64,000 bases of DNA from Camelus dromedarius (Eukaryota): the NCBI RefSeq assembly GCF_036321535.1, contig NC_087436.1, positions 38,008,001 to 38,072,000 on the forward strand. The letters are read 5' to 3'. The position numbers were made by a program, and so were the translations under genes. The notes under the pieces were generated by a model. That model saw only the letters and a list, made by a program, of their open reading frames with translations. It did not search any database and had not been told where the DNA came from. Positions 29,480-43,007 of the stretch are shown here, one piece after another. The stretch's first letter is position 1. Every line of letters begins with the position of its first letter.

Positions 29480-30812
29480 AAGGTGGGAGTTTGTACATAG
29501 ACAGTACACTTCCAAGTTCTACACCTTAATAAGGCAGAGATCCCTGTGTAATGCAATAGAAGATCTCCGGAGCATGCACGAACGTAAGAAACATGACTCC
29601 CTGGAGTTGCAAGACAGTATTACAATTTCTATTGATAGACGACTCAACTGTAAAAAAAAGAAAAAGCCTAATTCATTTTCAACACAGAGACTGCACGAGT
29701 CTCCTTACTCAGTCCATACATGGGAAGGTCACATGTCACATAAAGCAGGTGAAGTGAGATTTCCACATCGTGGAGAGATTCATCTCAGGTTCTCACGCAC
29801 ACGTTTGCTTTCAGCCTGTTGCCAGGCATGTACTTAACCAGATTGATGGATTGTTATTCCAGTTTTGATTACTGTACCTCACAAAATGAACACATGCCTT
29901 AAAAAACTCTATAAATAAATCACGGATTAATAATAATACCAACAATGCAAGTAAAAACAACCAACAAAGAAATAGTAATGCTGACACCTATTTCTATTGT
30001 CTCGTTGTCAACCACATAACAATAGATAAGAACAATCCTTATCTAATCAGATCTTCTGAGATAACAGCCACAGCAGTTTGAAATTATCAAGATTATTTGA
30101 AATAAGGATTTACATCCACTGTCATTAACTATAGTTAATAAATTAAAGTTATAGACTTAAATTTCAAACTCCTCTAAGATTCATAGTTTCATGTATTTTA
30201 TAATGTATATGTTAGTATGGTAGGATATGTATGTGTCTTCGGAATGAATGGAGGTGTATTGGTACCCATATTCAAAATATTTAAGAGACTGAGGGCACAT
30301 TCAAATATAAACTCTTTTCATATTCAAAATAAATGTGTAGTCAAGCATAAAGATTAGTGAGATTCTAATTACCTGAGGTGTATAGCTCTGAAGTTCTATT
30401 TTTTCAGTAAAAATGTAAACCTAACTACAATAATTAAATGTTTTTTCCTTTTTTTAAAGCTTAGAAACCTAAGACGCTTTATAAGGAGCCATACAAGAGT
30501 GACAGACTGAACAAAGGTATTCACTAGTGGAGGGTCCTCATATTAACTTAATAATTTGTCTAAAAATAGAGAGAAAAACCCATTTCCATAGGGAAACCTC
30601 ATACTATCTTTAAACCAAAACTAAACCAAAAACTATTACCCACAGAATATTAAAACCAAGACTGTTTTAATGTGAAAGCGGGTGGATGTGATCTAGGAAC
30701 GGAGTGAGATACATTGTAATGTGGTACACACTGGACCAAACCATCACCCCAACATCGCCACTAAGAAACGACAATGCTGTCACCTGCAAGCATGCCATAA
30801 AGTGAAGGTGAG

Positions 30813-30992
30813 CAACGAGGACCTCCTGTACAGCACAGGGAATGACAGTATCCTGAAAAAGCATGTATATATATGTATATTATATATATATATATATAAT
30901 ATATATATATATATATAAAACTGAATCACTGCTGTACACCTGAAGCTAACACAACATTGTAAACTGTATACTTCAATTTAAAAAAGGTTAAA
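30813..30992 (+). mobile_element. Short L1 3' end with internal (TA)n
   Basis: caacgaggacctcctgtacagcacagggaa...aactgaatcact...cttcaatttaaaaaa; TSD aagtgaaggtgag / aaatgaaggtgag. Confidence 0.85.
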
Positions 30993-31230
30993 AAATGAAG
31001 GTGAGTAATAGCTGTAACCTCTACCTCCTGGGCACTTTCTATGTGTTAAAGCTCATTTTACCTTCAACTTAGGCAAGGAAATGGCCAGTATTTGTGCCTG
31101 TTATACAGATGAGGAAACTGATGTTTTAGGTGTTAGATAGATTTCACAAACTGGTGAATGTCAGCAATGACGTTGGAATCCATTAGTAGAAATTTGGTTT
31201 TATCAGAAGCAGAAGCAGAAGCAGATGTCA

Positions 31231-31380
31231 GGGGTAGGTATAGCTCAAATGACAGAGTGCATGCTTAGCATGCATGAGGTCCTAGGTTCAATCCTGGTAC
31301 CTCCTCTAAAAACAAACAAACAAACAAACATAATAACACCACCCAAAAAACAAACATAACGAACAAAAAACAAACAAAAA
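31231..31380 (+). mobile_element. vic-1-type SINE
   Basis: tRNA-Ala head and (caaa)n tail; 16-bp TSD aagcagaagcagatgt at ~31213 and 31382. Confidence 0.9.
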
Positions 31381-32172
31381 TAAGCAGAAGCAGATGTGAA
31401 ATTCAGGGAACAAATATTCCTTCAATATGATAAAGAATTCAAAAAATTTTGTCTATCAAATATTTGAATGAGGGTGCTTCCAGAGAACGACTTTTCTCTT
31501 TCTGGAGCTGAATGTGATGGATAATTTGTATTCAGTGATCTTCTAAGGGGGCTTCAGATGCTGTCTAGGGCTTGGGAGTAGACGTCGTCCTTCACTGTCT
31601 TCACTCTATGACGGCGTAATTGTATCCCACAAAACCTTTTTTGAGGTTTCAGAGTTTTCTGGAGCTAAGAGACAGCATGTTCACTATTATAACACATTCA
31701 TTATCATCACCACTCGCACCAATACACCACATCTTTTCTAAGATAAACAAAAATAGCCTATGACAAAATTATAATGGACTTGCTAATGCACAATTTAAAA
31801 GAGCATTTATTTGCTATGCAGTTTTGACCAAAAAAAGTCCATTGTTTCCTTCTCTTTGAAGCTCAGGGACTAGTTATTGCCATGCTAATCGGTAATAAAT
31901 GCACCTGGAGAATAGCTTTTAAAGGACTGAAAATGATTCTGAGTTCTGTCTTTATAAATAGGTCTAAAAAAGAAGGCACTTTTTTTCAAGTGATGAAGAT
32001 GTAGTTGTTACATTAAAAATTACAAAATGAGATTTTTGGGTAGACATTTATATATAACAATATAGTTTTATTACACGTACAAACATACAGGTAGGTAAAT
32101 AAATACTTATATACACATATTCAAACATATAACACATATGCCTTTATAAAATGGTAAGACCTGAAAATGATC

Positions 32173-32687
32173 TGTCAAGAACTCTGAAGGGTCTGAAATT
32201 TTACCCTTTACCTACAAGGTAACAAATTACCCTACCAGGTTCATGGATGCTGGCAGAAGATCCAAGACTCCTGGGTCAGAAACAAAAGATTGTTTATTAC
32301 TCATAACAATAGCAATAGCCAGAGTATTTTGCCTCAGTTCCTGACCCCCGTGTCAGATGGACAATGTGAAGAAGGCCAGGTGACACCTGCATGTGCACAA
32401 AGTTGTGTTAGGAAAGAGAAATCCTGAGTTTAGGGAAACCAAATCTTTTATAACGGGCAGGAAGTCTGCCTGCTTAGCTCCAGAGGGAGACACTGCTTTT
32501 ATTACACTGGACATACTGGACAGTAATCAAACCTGCCCTTTCCTTAGGAGGGAGCATGATCTCTCTCTTCTGGGCTGTTTGCTAAACTAACGTCTTTGAA
32601 AAGATATTCCAGAACAAAGGGAGCCCATGCCTCTGTTTATAAGACATGTGGAAATGCAGGGGACACATGGAGAAGTGTCTCCCAGTA
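32173..32687 (-). mobile_element. ERV1-class solo LTR (MER89/MER90-like)
   Basis: Reverse-complement homologue of 49934-50466 over its length; family name from memory. Confidence 0.7.
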
Positions 32688-35600
32688 CCACCAAAAATAT
32701 CTCTCACCAGCATTTGGTTTGAGAAAGGGCACATGGCACAGTGCCTGTGAAAATCATCTGGCCTTTGATCCTGTAATGGCCAAACAGAACATTAAGACAA
32801 GGCAAACGTATGGACTTCTCCCCATCACGTTCCTGGAAAGCACATGCTTCCCATTCAGGGGTCACTCTGACACATCTGGCACTGAAGAGCCTCACAACTG
32901 GACTTGCGTCCGCATCGCTGTCTGCCAACCTGCTTTCTGGGCCCCCGCAGAAGGGTGAGTAATGGAGCATTAAATACCAACAATCTGGCTATCACAAGGG
33001 CTTAATCTCTTTAAGCCCCACAGGGATCTGGGCGAGCTTCAAATAAGCACACCAAATGTGACTTCCACTGACTCTCGAGGCAGAAAAGGCGAAAACACCA
33101 GTGAGAACACACAAGGCTCAGGAGTGTCTGTCTTCTCAGTGGTACATGAAGACATCTTCCCTGAAGACAGCGACAGGGGAGAGTCAATGCCAGATTCCCC
33201 ACCTGGCTGCCCGGTACTCCCTCAGGGCACCAGCAAACAGGGGAACTGAGTGGAAACACTCTGAAAAGCCCACAGTCAATGAATTTATCCAGGATTTACA
33301 AACAGATCTAGAATTGAAGTATTTTCAATTTAGGCTTACGTTGTAATCTTGTGATATTTTTAAAAATATTATTTTATTCTGAGCTACATGTTATGGTGGT
33401 GGTTAGAGACAGTGGGGCATAATTACTTTTTCAATTCTTATGGCTCCTAATATGGCCCAGAGTGCAGTGGAGGCAGCCGAGGTTCTGAATTGTACAGGAT
33501 TTGAATCCTGATTCTAGGCAAGTTACTTATCCTTTGAGTCTCAGTTTTCTCGCTGGTATAAGTACAGATAATTATTTATTCACATAGGGGGATTGTGAAG
33601 ATTTAAAGAAAAAGTACATTTAAAACACTTAGTATGGGTGTAACACATGGTAGCTACTTAAGACAACCTTGTGGGGTGGCCCAATACCCAGGGCCTGCCT
33701 TTGTTTGAGTTTGAGTCACTAATCCTGCTCTGCCATAGGCTTTTATGTCAATGGCCGTGCCAGCTAACTACTCAGATTGCCCAATTTAGACTAAGTTCAG
33801 GGGAAACAATCCTTGATAAAAACGGCCAGACTGGCTTCCTCTCCTGAAACTATAAACTTCTGTTCTCGTGCTGTGTTTATGTTGTAATCTGCTGTGCAGG
33901 GAGTAGGGGGAAGGAGAAGCCATTTGAGAGGAGCTGCGGCAGCCCCCAGGTAGGCGACACACGCAGCGAGAGATGTGCTGATGTACCCAAATCTGTGCGG
34001 CGTCCCTGGGTGTCAGCTCTACCCCATCCACGGCAAAGCCGAGCGCGTGTGTGTGTGATTAGCAGAAGTGCTTTAATGTGGATATAATTACCACATGCCC
34101 CACAGATGAAATAATGTTTCTAGCCCACATTATCTGCCCACATTTACAGTCTAAACGAAACAGCGTTAAGTGCTGTGGTTTATTTCATCAGCACAGGCCC
34201 CTCTCTCCTCTCTGAACACAGACCCACTTCCAGCCCTTATCTGGGTGAGTGGGGTTTGTAAACTCCTCTTGGACGGTCCCATGCCGCCTTCCACTTTAAG
34301 AATTTTTGCCTTGTTGGCACAATTACTGTTGTTTGTATTTTAGTCTAAATCCCCTTGTGGAAAAAATATGCTTAGATACAGCTTATTGGACATGTTTTCT
34401 AAAGATGCATTAACAAGACAAATGTGAGTCAAATGTGTCAACGCACTTATTTGGCTTATTTGGAAGATGGATCCGATTAACGTAAGTACAATATCCCACA
34501 TGTGTTATGTGGTAGGAAAATGTCTTCCATCATTTTATTCCGAATGTTATGACATTTGACTCATTTCTGTCAAATTATGAAGGTAGATAGGAAGTAAAAT
34601 ATTTAAAGACATGAATGATAAACATCTTCTATTTTACAATATTGATATGTCTTCAATAATCACTTCTGAAGCTGTATCTAAAAGACCTATTGTCAAATTT
34701 ATTGAAACATTCACCTAAAACTGGTACAGCTGAAGCAAAATGGGTAATATTTTTCTATGTATTTTTTTCCTATAGTCAAACATGTTTCAATGCCTTCCAC
34801 TATGTCAAATGATGACTCACTGAGCGAGAGATCCAGAATAATGGTTAATATTCTACCACTATCTAGTTATCTATCTACTGACGTACGTGACATACAACAC
34901 ATCATAATAGGGAACATTTCCCTGGAACTTCCTGCAGTTTTTGTTGGTGGAGTAACTAACTCTTTATGATAGTCCTACACCATCTTGCCTCGTCTTCCTT
35001 TCCTCCTCGTTACCCCCTTATTTGCTTTTTCATTTACTGTCCCATCCCTCCCTAGCTTCACACCCTCTTTTACTCTCTTTCTCCCTCCTTCTCTGTCTTC
35101 ACTCATTTCTTCTCTCTCTCACTTCTCCTCTTCTTGATGAATTCTTTCAAGGCAAGGAATCACAGCTGAAAAGTATCCAAGACCACACGCCTGTATTTTA
35201 ATTAGAGACATTACAAGCGATGATCATTATCCATGTCTGTTAATTCCATTATGCTAAGGAATAAAAAGTTGACTCACCTGACTATGGACTTAAATCTTGC
35301 CTAGGACAATTTATGATAATAAGTTGAAAAGTTAGGCTTTTTAATTCTAACATTCTATTAGTGGATTTGAGAAATAAGGAAATCTCTTTGCAGTAGTAAA
35401 TCAATCAATAATGCCCTGCTTTGGGCTGAAATATGAATCTCTCCAAAGTCCAAAGTCATAAAGGAATATCCTTGGGCTTAAGTTTTACTATTTAAGATGA
35501 ATGTTGAACACTGTCTGCATTTATGCCATCGAGGGGAGAGCTTGCTTTGGTTACCTGTGACATTTGAACATGGAATCAGACTTAATGAGGTGATAATATT

Positions 35601-35944
35601 GATGTAATTTTCTTTTTATTGAGTAAAAAATACATTATCTCTAGTTTCTTAACCCTTACCCGTGAGCTCCATCAGGAAGTGTTCAGTGGTAATAACACCA
35701 AGTTGAAATCATCTATATAAAGAATGGTAGGTTTCCCCCTACCACCACCACCAGACCACACATATTCTTTTACATTCAATTTTATATAGTTCATTTGGCT
35801 ACAATATTCTAATTCCAGTCTGAATTTTTCTTCCCTAGTTCTTTTTAAGTGTTTTTAAGGCAAGGACTGCCAAGGAAATTAAATTCAATTTAGTAAGTAC
35901 TTACTGAAAATATTTTTGTAGTTGGGTTATAAAAGTGACACTGG

Positions 35945-36853
35945 AAACAAGATGACAGACTAGGAAGTTTCAGGCCCTTGTTCCCCGACAAAGACACTGA
36001 GATCACATCAATACAAGGAGCCAAATATGCTTGTAAGAACTCTAGAGACCAGCTGAGAAGCCATACTACCCAGGCCAACGTAACATCCAGTGAAGTGGCA
36101 CTGTAACTTCCATCTTGGTCTCTTGGATCCTTAGCTCTGGGGGAAGTCAGACTCCATGCTGTCCAGATGCTCAAGCAAACCTGTGGACAGGTCTAGGTGG
36201 AGTGGAACTGAGACGTCCTGCCAGTAGCCATGTGAGTGAGTCACCTTGAAAGTGGATCCCCCAACCCCAGCCAAGCCTTAAGATGACTGCAGCCCTGACT
36301 GATATCTGACAGCAAACTCATGAGGGATCTCAAGCCAAAACTGTCTAGCCACGTTGCTCCCAAACCCCTGACTCACAGAAACCATGGGAGATAATACATT
36401 ATTTATTTAAGACACTAAATTTTAGAGTAATTTGTTACAGAATAGTAGATAACTGCTATGGGTTGACCTGTATCCTCCCTAAAATTCATATCTTGGAAGT
36501 CCTAACCCTCTAAAATGAGACTTTATTTGGAGACAGGTCTTTACAGAGGTGGTCAAGTTAAAATGAGGTCATTAGGGTGAGCCCAATAAAACTGACCTCC
36601 TAGAAAAAGGGGAAATTTGGACACAAACATGCACACAGGGAGAAAGCTATGTGAAGATGAAGACAGAGGTTAGGGTACTGCTTCGAGCCAACAAGCACCA
36701 AAGACTGCCAGCGAGCCATGAGGAGCTGGGTGAGAGGCCTGGAGCGGATTCCCTGTCACAGTCCTCAGAAAGAGGCAGCTCAGTCAACACCTTGATTTCA
36801 GACTTCTAGTCTCCAGAACTGCAGCAATAAATCTCTGTTGTTCAATTTTTTTA
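35945..36853 (+). mobile_element. Composite retroposed insert: L1-5'UTR-like head, MLT1F-like 3' part, MLT1B-like LTR cut after AATAAA
   Basis: Perfect 14-bp direct repeat aaaagtgacactgg at 35931-35944 and 36854-36867; AATAAA at 36826. Confidence 0.75.
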
Positions 36854-36867
36854 AAAAGTGACACTGG

Positions 36868-37320
36868 GCCACGTATCATGCCTTGGTACTAATATCCTCA
36901 TCTTTTTAAACCCTCCTCACACTGAAGGGTGAAAGTCTAGGAAGTGCATTCCCAGACCCGCTGGCCAGCAGGCTCCGGAGGCCTCTGACGTCGAGCAGCA
37001 CTGGCGGGGGCCTGCGGAGCAGCTGAGGGGACGTGGCATGACCCTGCAAGCGGCTGCTGCGGTCAGGGTGTGGGCTTCGTCCTGCGGCCTGGGTGGGTGC
37101 TTGGAGTTCGGGAGTCTTCCTGAGAATTGTTCGCTTTGATACTACTGGCAATTGGTGGTGGTTTTCCTGTGGTCTCAGCAGTTTCGAACTTGGTAAAAGT
37201 GGCCCCTCTGACACTCACTCAACCTCTGCGCTCACAAGCCTCTATCTCCTTTTATTTAAGCACTTCCTGTTGAACCGTCTAGAGTGGTCCGGTTTCCCTG
37301 ACCAGCCCCCGACTATTACA
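36868..37320 (+). mobile_element. ERVL LTR (LTR33-like), its 5' tip at ~35917-35944 split off by the composite insert
   Basis: tgtagttggg start upstream of the insert; tgcattcccagac and terminal ctagagtggtccggtttccctgacc...gactattaca. Confidence 0.5.
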
Positions 37321-40300
37321 TACACTGTCACGGCCCTTTAAGATCAGGAGAAAATGAAAACCACCAACTGTTAAAATATGAGGCAGAAGAATGTAAGAGG
37401 CATATGAGTGCTATACACAAAGTGCATGGCTGCTTCAGTTCTAGGAAACACCTCTGTTCGTGGCAATCACCGGCAGACCGTGTGGAAGGACTTCTCTCCC
37501 AAGAACCTTGTGAGGCGATAGGTTTTGATGAATGGATAGGGACTTGGGGTTATAAAATGTATGACACTGAGTCAGCGACTTATTAAATAAATAAATCATT
37601 ATTTTTTCCTAGGTCTAGGAATTGTGAGGTGATGTCAGTTAATTAAGCAAACAACCTTTCATCTGTAAAATGGAGCTAATAACACTTACCTGGCAGAACT
37701 GTGGTGTAAGTGAGAGATGAAACCTACAGCACCAAGCACGGTGTGGGTATTAAACAAACAGTAGCCATGGCGGGTGTTGAAAGGCACTCCTCCCAATAAA
37801 AGAAATGTATTAAGAAAATAGGGTCTGGTAAGACCTTGACAGAGGACATCCTGTGAAGTATGAGGACAGAGTCTCTTACCATCGGTGGGATCATGCTCCA
37901 TTCCATCTCTACTCAATATATCCTCACGGTGATCATTAACCTCATGGTGACTGATAACTATTTGTATCTTAATTTCATGTTAGGACTATGGCAGCAGATT
38001 TAAGAGTCTTCCCAAGAATCTTACAGGATTGCTGATAAGGAAGTGAAAATTACTGCTTCAGATCATGTTCAGGATTAATCTCAGCAATCAATAGCATTGA
38101 AAAAATCTCAGACTTTATTACTAGTTATTTTCCATATAATCAGCATACATTATGTCAACTTAAAAACATAAAGAGAAATGAGAGTTGACGTATTTTGTGA
38201 TTCACACACTGATTTAACAAAATATGGCAAAATCAAAGAGGCATGGAAGTAAAACAATATAAGCTAAAGTTCATATTTTATAATATTTTATAAAATAAAT
38301 ATATGGCATATAAAACTGTTGTATTCTGTTTAAATTTCCTCCTCATATTAACTTTCACTAATTGTCACCAATTTTTCTTAAAATAATATTAATCATTTAA
38401 TGTAATCATGGTCAAATAAGTATATTCAGAACCAATTTATTATAATTACATTTATAAAAACAAAAGCCTGAGGATGATAGGTCTAAGATAAGCATTCAGC
38501 AAAGAGGCTCTTACTTTCAGCTTAAGGAATAGAGCCCCCCTCCTTTTTGTTTCTTGTTTATAAGGTTCTTCTAGCTTTGATTTGCTGCTGATCACCACTA
38601 ATAACACATCATACGCGCTGTTGTTACTCTCATCCTCCCTAACAAATATTATTAATTTTCTACAATCAAGAACTTGCAAAAAAAAAAAAACACAAATAAT
38701 TTTAGCTACTAAAAGTACAAGTATCCATTTTAACTATCAAGTACTTTCTTGAAATATTAATATTGTTAATATTAACAGTACATGTCTTAAAATGAAATAA
38801 TGTCCTTAATTTATCTTTTACTTCTTGGTGAGGTAGAGCAATTCAACTAAAAACTGTAATCATTTCTGTATAATAACAACAAGATATCTCAGAAACATAT
38901 CTCACAGTATTCACCACAGAGCAGTGTGAATGTTAAAACGACGACTGCTAACTGAATCACTGTTTTCTAAAAGTCTAGTAGTGGATGTCTTGTCTTTAAC
39001 AGAATATTTTGGAATGTGGGTTGCAAATAGCTCTTTACAATTTGGACCACATAAATGAATACTAAAATACACTACATAGAGAAACAAATGAAATCAAATG
39101 CACCAATGTCTCACATGTTCAGCATTTTGGGAAAAATTATATTAGTGAATTTTCTAGGATTAGTATGTATATTTTTGAAGTAATCAGTTGAAAAATTGTA
39201 ACTTTTGATTTTTTTCTTTGATTCTTAAGTATTACATACTAAAATCAGTCAGAATTATTCTAAATTCAAATGTAAAATAATTCTGTTTATTCCCAGGGTC
39301 AATCTTCTGCTAACAGTTTGACTCTTAAGGTAGCCAGGGACTTGTGATCCACTGCTTCTAATTTGCTATGATTTGAGGAATCAAGTTTCCAATATTGTGT
39401 GAATTAAGTATAAACTAGAAATCAATATGTTCTGAATGATAGCCTGAAGGCTCATACAGTGGGGCTGGGATGTAAGCAGAATTATGTTATGATAATACTG
39501 AATATATTAAAGTATTTACCATTTGGGCTGTAATCATTAAGCACACAGTTTTCTGTGATTTCTTATCTGCCCTGTTGACTCAGAATGTCCCCCCCTGTCC
39601 TGCCATCCCTTTTATATCTTGGTACTCTTCTGAACTTTGCAAATCTTTTAGACAACCAGGTTGTGCATGTATGTGTGTGTAAAATACAGTGAGCTTTTGT
39701 ACCTGTTTATGTACCTGTGTGTATGGTGAGTTGCTGAGATAGGTAGTTTTTAATCCATTAAAATATTTCAATGTACCATTTTATTCCCAGTTCTTCTGCC
39801 AAGCATATGAAGTATTTTACTTTGTGTCATAAAAGTGATGTTATAGCACATGTGCTCTAAGATTTAATACATTGTATTTTGAAAAGGTTGAAATCTGCTA
39901 TCCTGAACCTCAAATGTTATAGAAACTTTAAACTATTTAGCTTAGTTAGAGAAGGCTGGGCATATTTAAGGATATTATGTGCCTTGTATTCCTCCTTAAG
40001 AAACAGACTTTCTGGGTAATGGCTGTAACACTTGACTCTGTTGTCTATCACACTAAGACTCAATAATTGAAGGTGAAGGAAGCTGACCCTGGAAATAACA
40101 AAGACAAATTAGACAGAATGTATTGATTTCTGATGTAGCAGATGGCTACCTGATGGAACTGTTTTTATTTACAGAAAGTGAAGCAAAAGTACTTAATTTT
40201 TCAGAGGTACTTTTCAAAAGCCCAACTATTAGATGAATAAAGTTTTTAAAAGATTCAAAGCAAATGTTACTAATCATTTGGAATCTAGGTATCCCAGTTC

Positions 40301-42566
40301 ACAGGGTCACTTCAAAAATTTATATCAAGCCTTCTGATCAATGGGTGTTGGGGGGGTGGAGAATTCAGAGTGGCACAATCATAAGCATCCTTCAATCTCA
40401 AAAGAGTAAACATATTATTAAATATTCTACATTTTTTCCCTTCTCTTCCCTGGATGTAGTTATAAAACACCAATATATTCTTCTAAAAGATAATTTCCCA
40501 GATTTAAGGATAAACCTTCTGATTTTTCAAAGGAAGATAGAAATCCAGATTTTATATATATTCTTCTTATTTTCAAACACTATCTACCAATTTAAAGATT
40601 TTACAGCGCTTCTTGGGCCAAACAAAATACATCCACAGGTTGGACACAGCCTGTGACCTGCAAGTTTATACCTATTTTCTTAAGGACCTCAATTCAAAAT
40701 GAATAGCTAAGACATAAACACTCTTCTGCTCAAGTAAGTTCTTATTTACTAGTAAGAGTCTATTTTAAATGTTTTTGAAATTATATCCAGAGGCAATGGG
40801 CTTCACAGTCTAGTGCTTTATAGCTCAGACTATGGTCATCCAGGGTGTAATCCAGGCTTTGCCACTCAGCTATGTGACTTGAGGAAGGTCACTTATAACG
40901 AATTTCTTTGAGGAATAAACAATATTATATGTAAAGTGCTAATGAGTGGCATAGAGTAAGCACTTACTATGTGTTAGTGACTTCAGTTATCAGTGCAAGT
41001 ACGAACAAAAATGGTTAACACGTAGAAGTCCTGCAAAAGAAAATATTTTAATTTAACAAGTTAGGTATTTTTTAATTAAGTGTTTTAAAATTGAGAGCAA
41101 CTTATTTTCTGTTCTCTTTCTTCTCAATTGTAGTTCATTTTCTAACACTGATCCTGGGGCTAGTTTAGAAACCGATGTAAACTCTTGAGCCTAAAGTTTC
41201 AACTGACAACTCCTTGATGTGATTTAAGTTGACGGAGTAGTGCGATTAAGGATGCCTAAATGGTCTAACAAGTTATGTGAGAAAATGAGTAACATCTTGC
41301 TGTTACAGCAATCTCGAGCACCAAGAATAACATGTTAATATGCTTAACTGAAGACAATCAATAGATGAGAAACAGATACACTCTTCTGTTCTACTGTTGA
41401 AGGTTACAGAGCATTATTTCTCTTCTTAAATTAAATTCCAGGCACATTGAATGGTTTTCAGAAAATGATAGCTTGGTTTTCTGTGAGAGAAGTTTAGTTC
41501 AGTTGAATCGGCTGAAACTACAAGAGCAAAAATCAGGATGAAACTTAAATGGCCATGTTTAGGTATCTCACATAGTTTTAGAAGTAAAACCACAGCAACA
41601 ATGACAAAAACTGACTGGTAAACGCAAAAAAGATGAACGAAGTGGAGATGATACTATGTGATCCAGAAGGAACACTGGGTATTAACAATAAATGGATGAA
41701 AAGCCACCCAGATGGATCTAGAAACTGAGAGGACACAGCTAAGGTGACGAAAGGACCCAGGGGCTAGAGTGTTTCATCTGGGCTCACTTCTACGCTGCCT
41801 CATGCAGATGGGAGGAGCAGTGTCCTAGAGGCTACCAGACTGCAAAATGAATGGGAACCTCAGACCTTGACTCCTTCGACTGACTGACTACACTCCTCCC
41901 TGTTATCAGTACAAATTTCATGACAACCCCCAGCCATGTTTGCCCCAGGTGAGACGAAGACATCATCTTTCCTTTCCATGCATCACTGGTGGCCCCAATT
42001 TCTACTCTGGAAATTTTAATCTGATCACGTATGTACAAAGGCTCTCCTAGGAATGTTGTCTTCATTTTGCACAACAAAACTCTGAGTTACTAATTATTAT
42101 ACATATTTTACAATTGAGAAAACTGAGCTTTAGAGAAAGTTAAGGAACTTGCTGTTTTATTTTCTATAAAGGTTATCCAGACTTACAGGTGTTCTCTTTC
42201 CAAAACAGTTGAAAACCACTAATCCAGAAAGTATAGGTGCTGTGAGAAAAATGATGTTCAGACTAAATTCAAGAATAATCAGTTGCTGGACTAAGGTCCA
42301 TGCTATTCATGATGTTATTAATATTTCTAATTGTTACTGGTATGATGATAATCGGATTGATAGTCTACAGTCTATGTCATTCATGGTCAATGTTATTATT
42401 ATTTGTAATTATTCCAGTGTAAAACATAGCTGCAAATTCTAAGGCATTACTTCCATTTCTAGGTGGGGTCTGTGTTTGTTTCCCTTGAATCTGGAAGCTT
42501 CTGATTCATTCAGAACCAATAGAATCCAGCAAAAATGACACTGTGTGACTTTGGAAGTTATATTGA

Positions 42567-43007
42567 TGTGTTCATTTTCTATTACTGCTGGGACAAATCA
42601 CTGTAAACTTGGAGGCTTAAGACAACACAGGAGGTCAGATATCCAAAACTAATTTCATTGGGCTGAGGTCAGCATTCTCTGTAATTTCTAGGGGAGAATC
42701 TGTTTCCTCACCTTTTCTAGCTTCTAGAGTCATCCATATTCCCTGGCTCATGGTCTCTTTTCCCATGTTCAAAGCACATCACTCTAACCTCCATCATCTC
42801 ATCCTCTTTATCCACCTTTGATCCCTTGCCTCCCTTGTAAAAACCTTTGTGATTACATTTAGCACCCATCCATAATCCAGGGTAATCTCCTTATAACAAA
42901 ATTCTTAACTAATCACATTTGCAAATTTCCTTTTTCCACAATAAGATAATGTATTCACAACTTACAGGGATTAGGACGTGAACATCCTTCTGGGGTCATT
43001 ATTCAGC
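42567..43007 (-). mobile_element. MLT1C/D-like LTR nested in another MLT1 LTR (~42445-43685, +)
   Basis: tgtgttcattttctattactgctg...ctaggggagaatctgtttcc...gggattaggacgtgaacatc...ggggtcattattcagc. Confidence 0.7.

Noticed and set aside
38752..38777. AT-rich palindromes (aatattaatatt, tgttaatattaaca)
   Set aside because: Low-complexity AT-rich context; no transposon termini.
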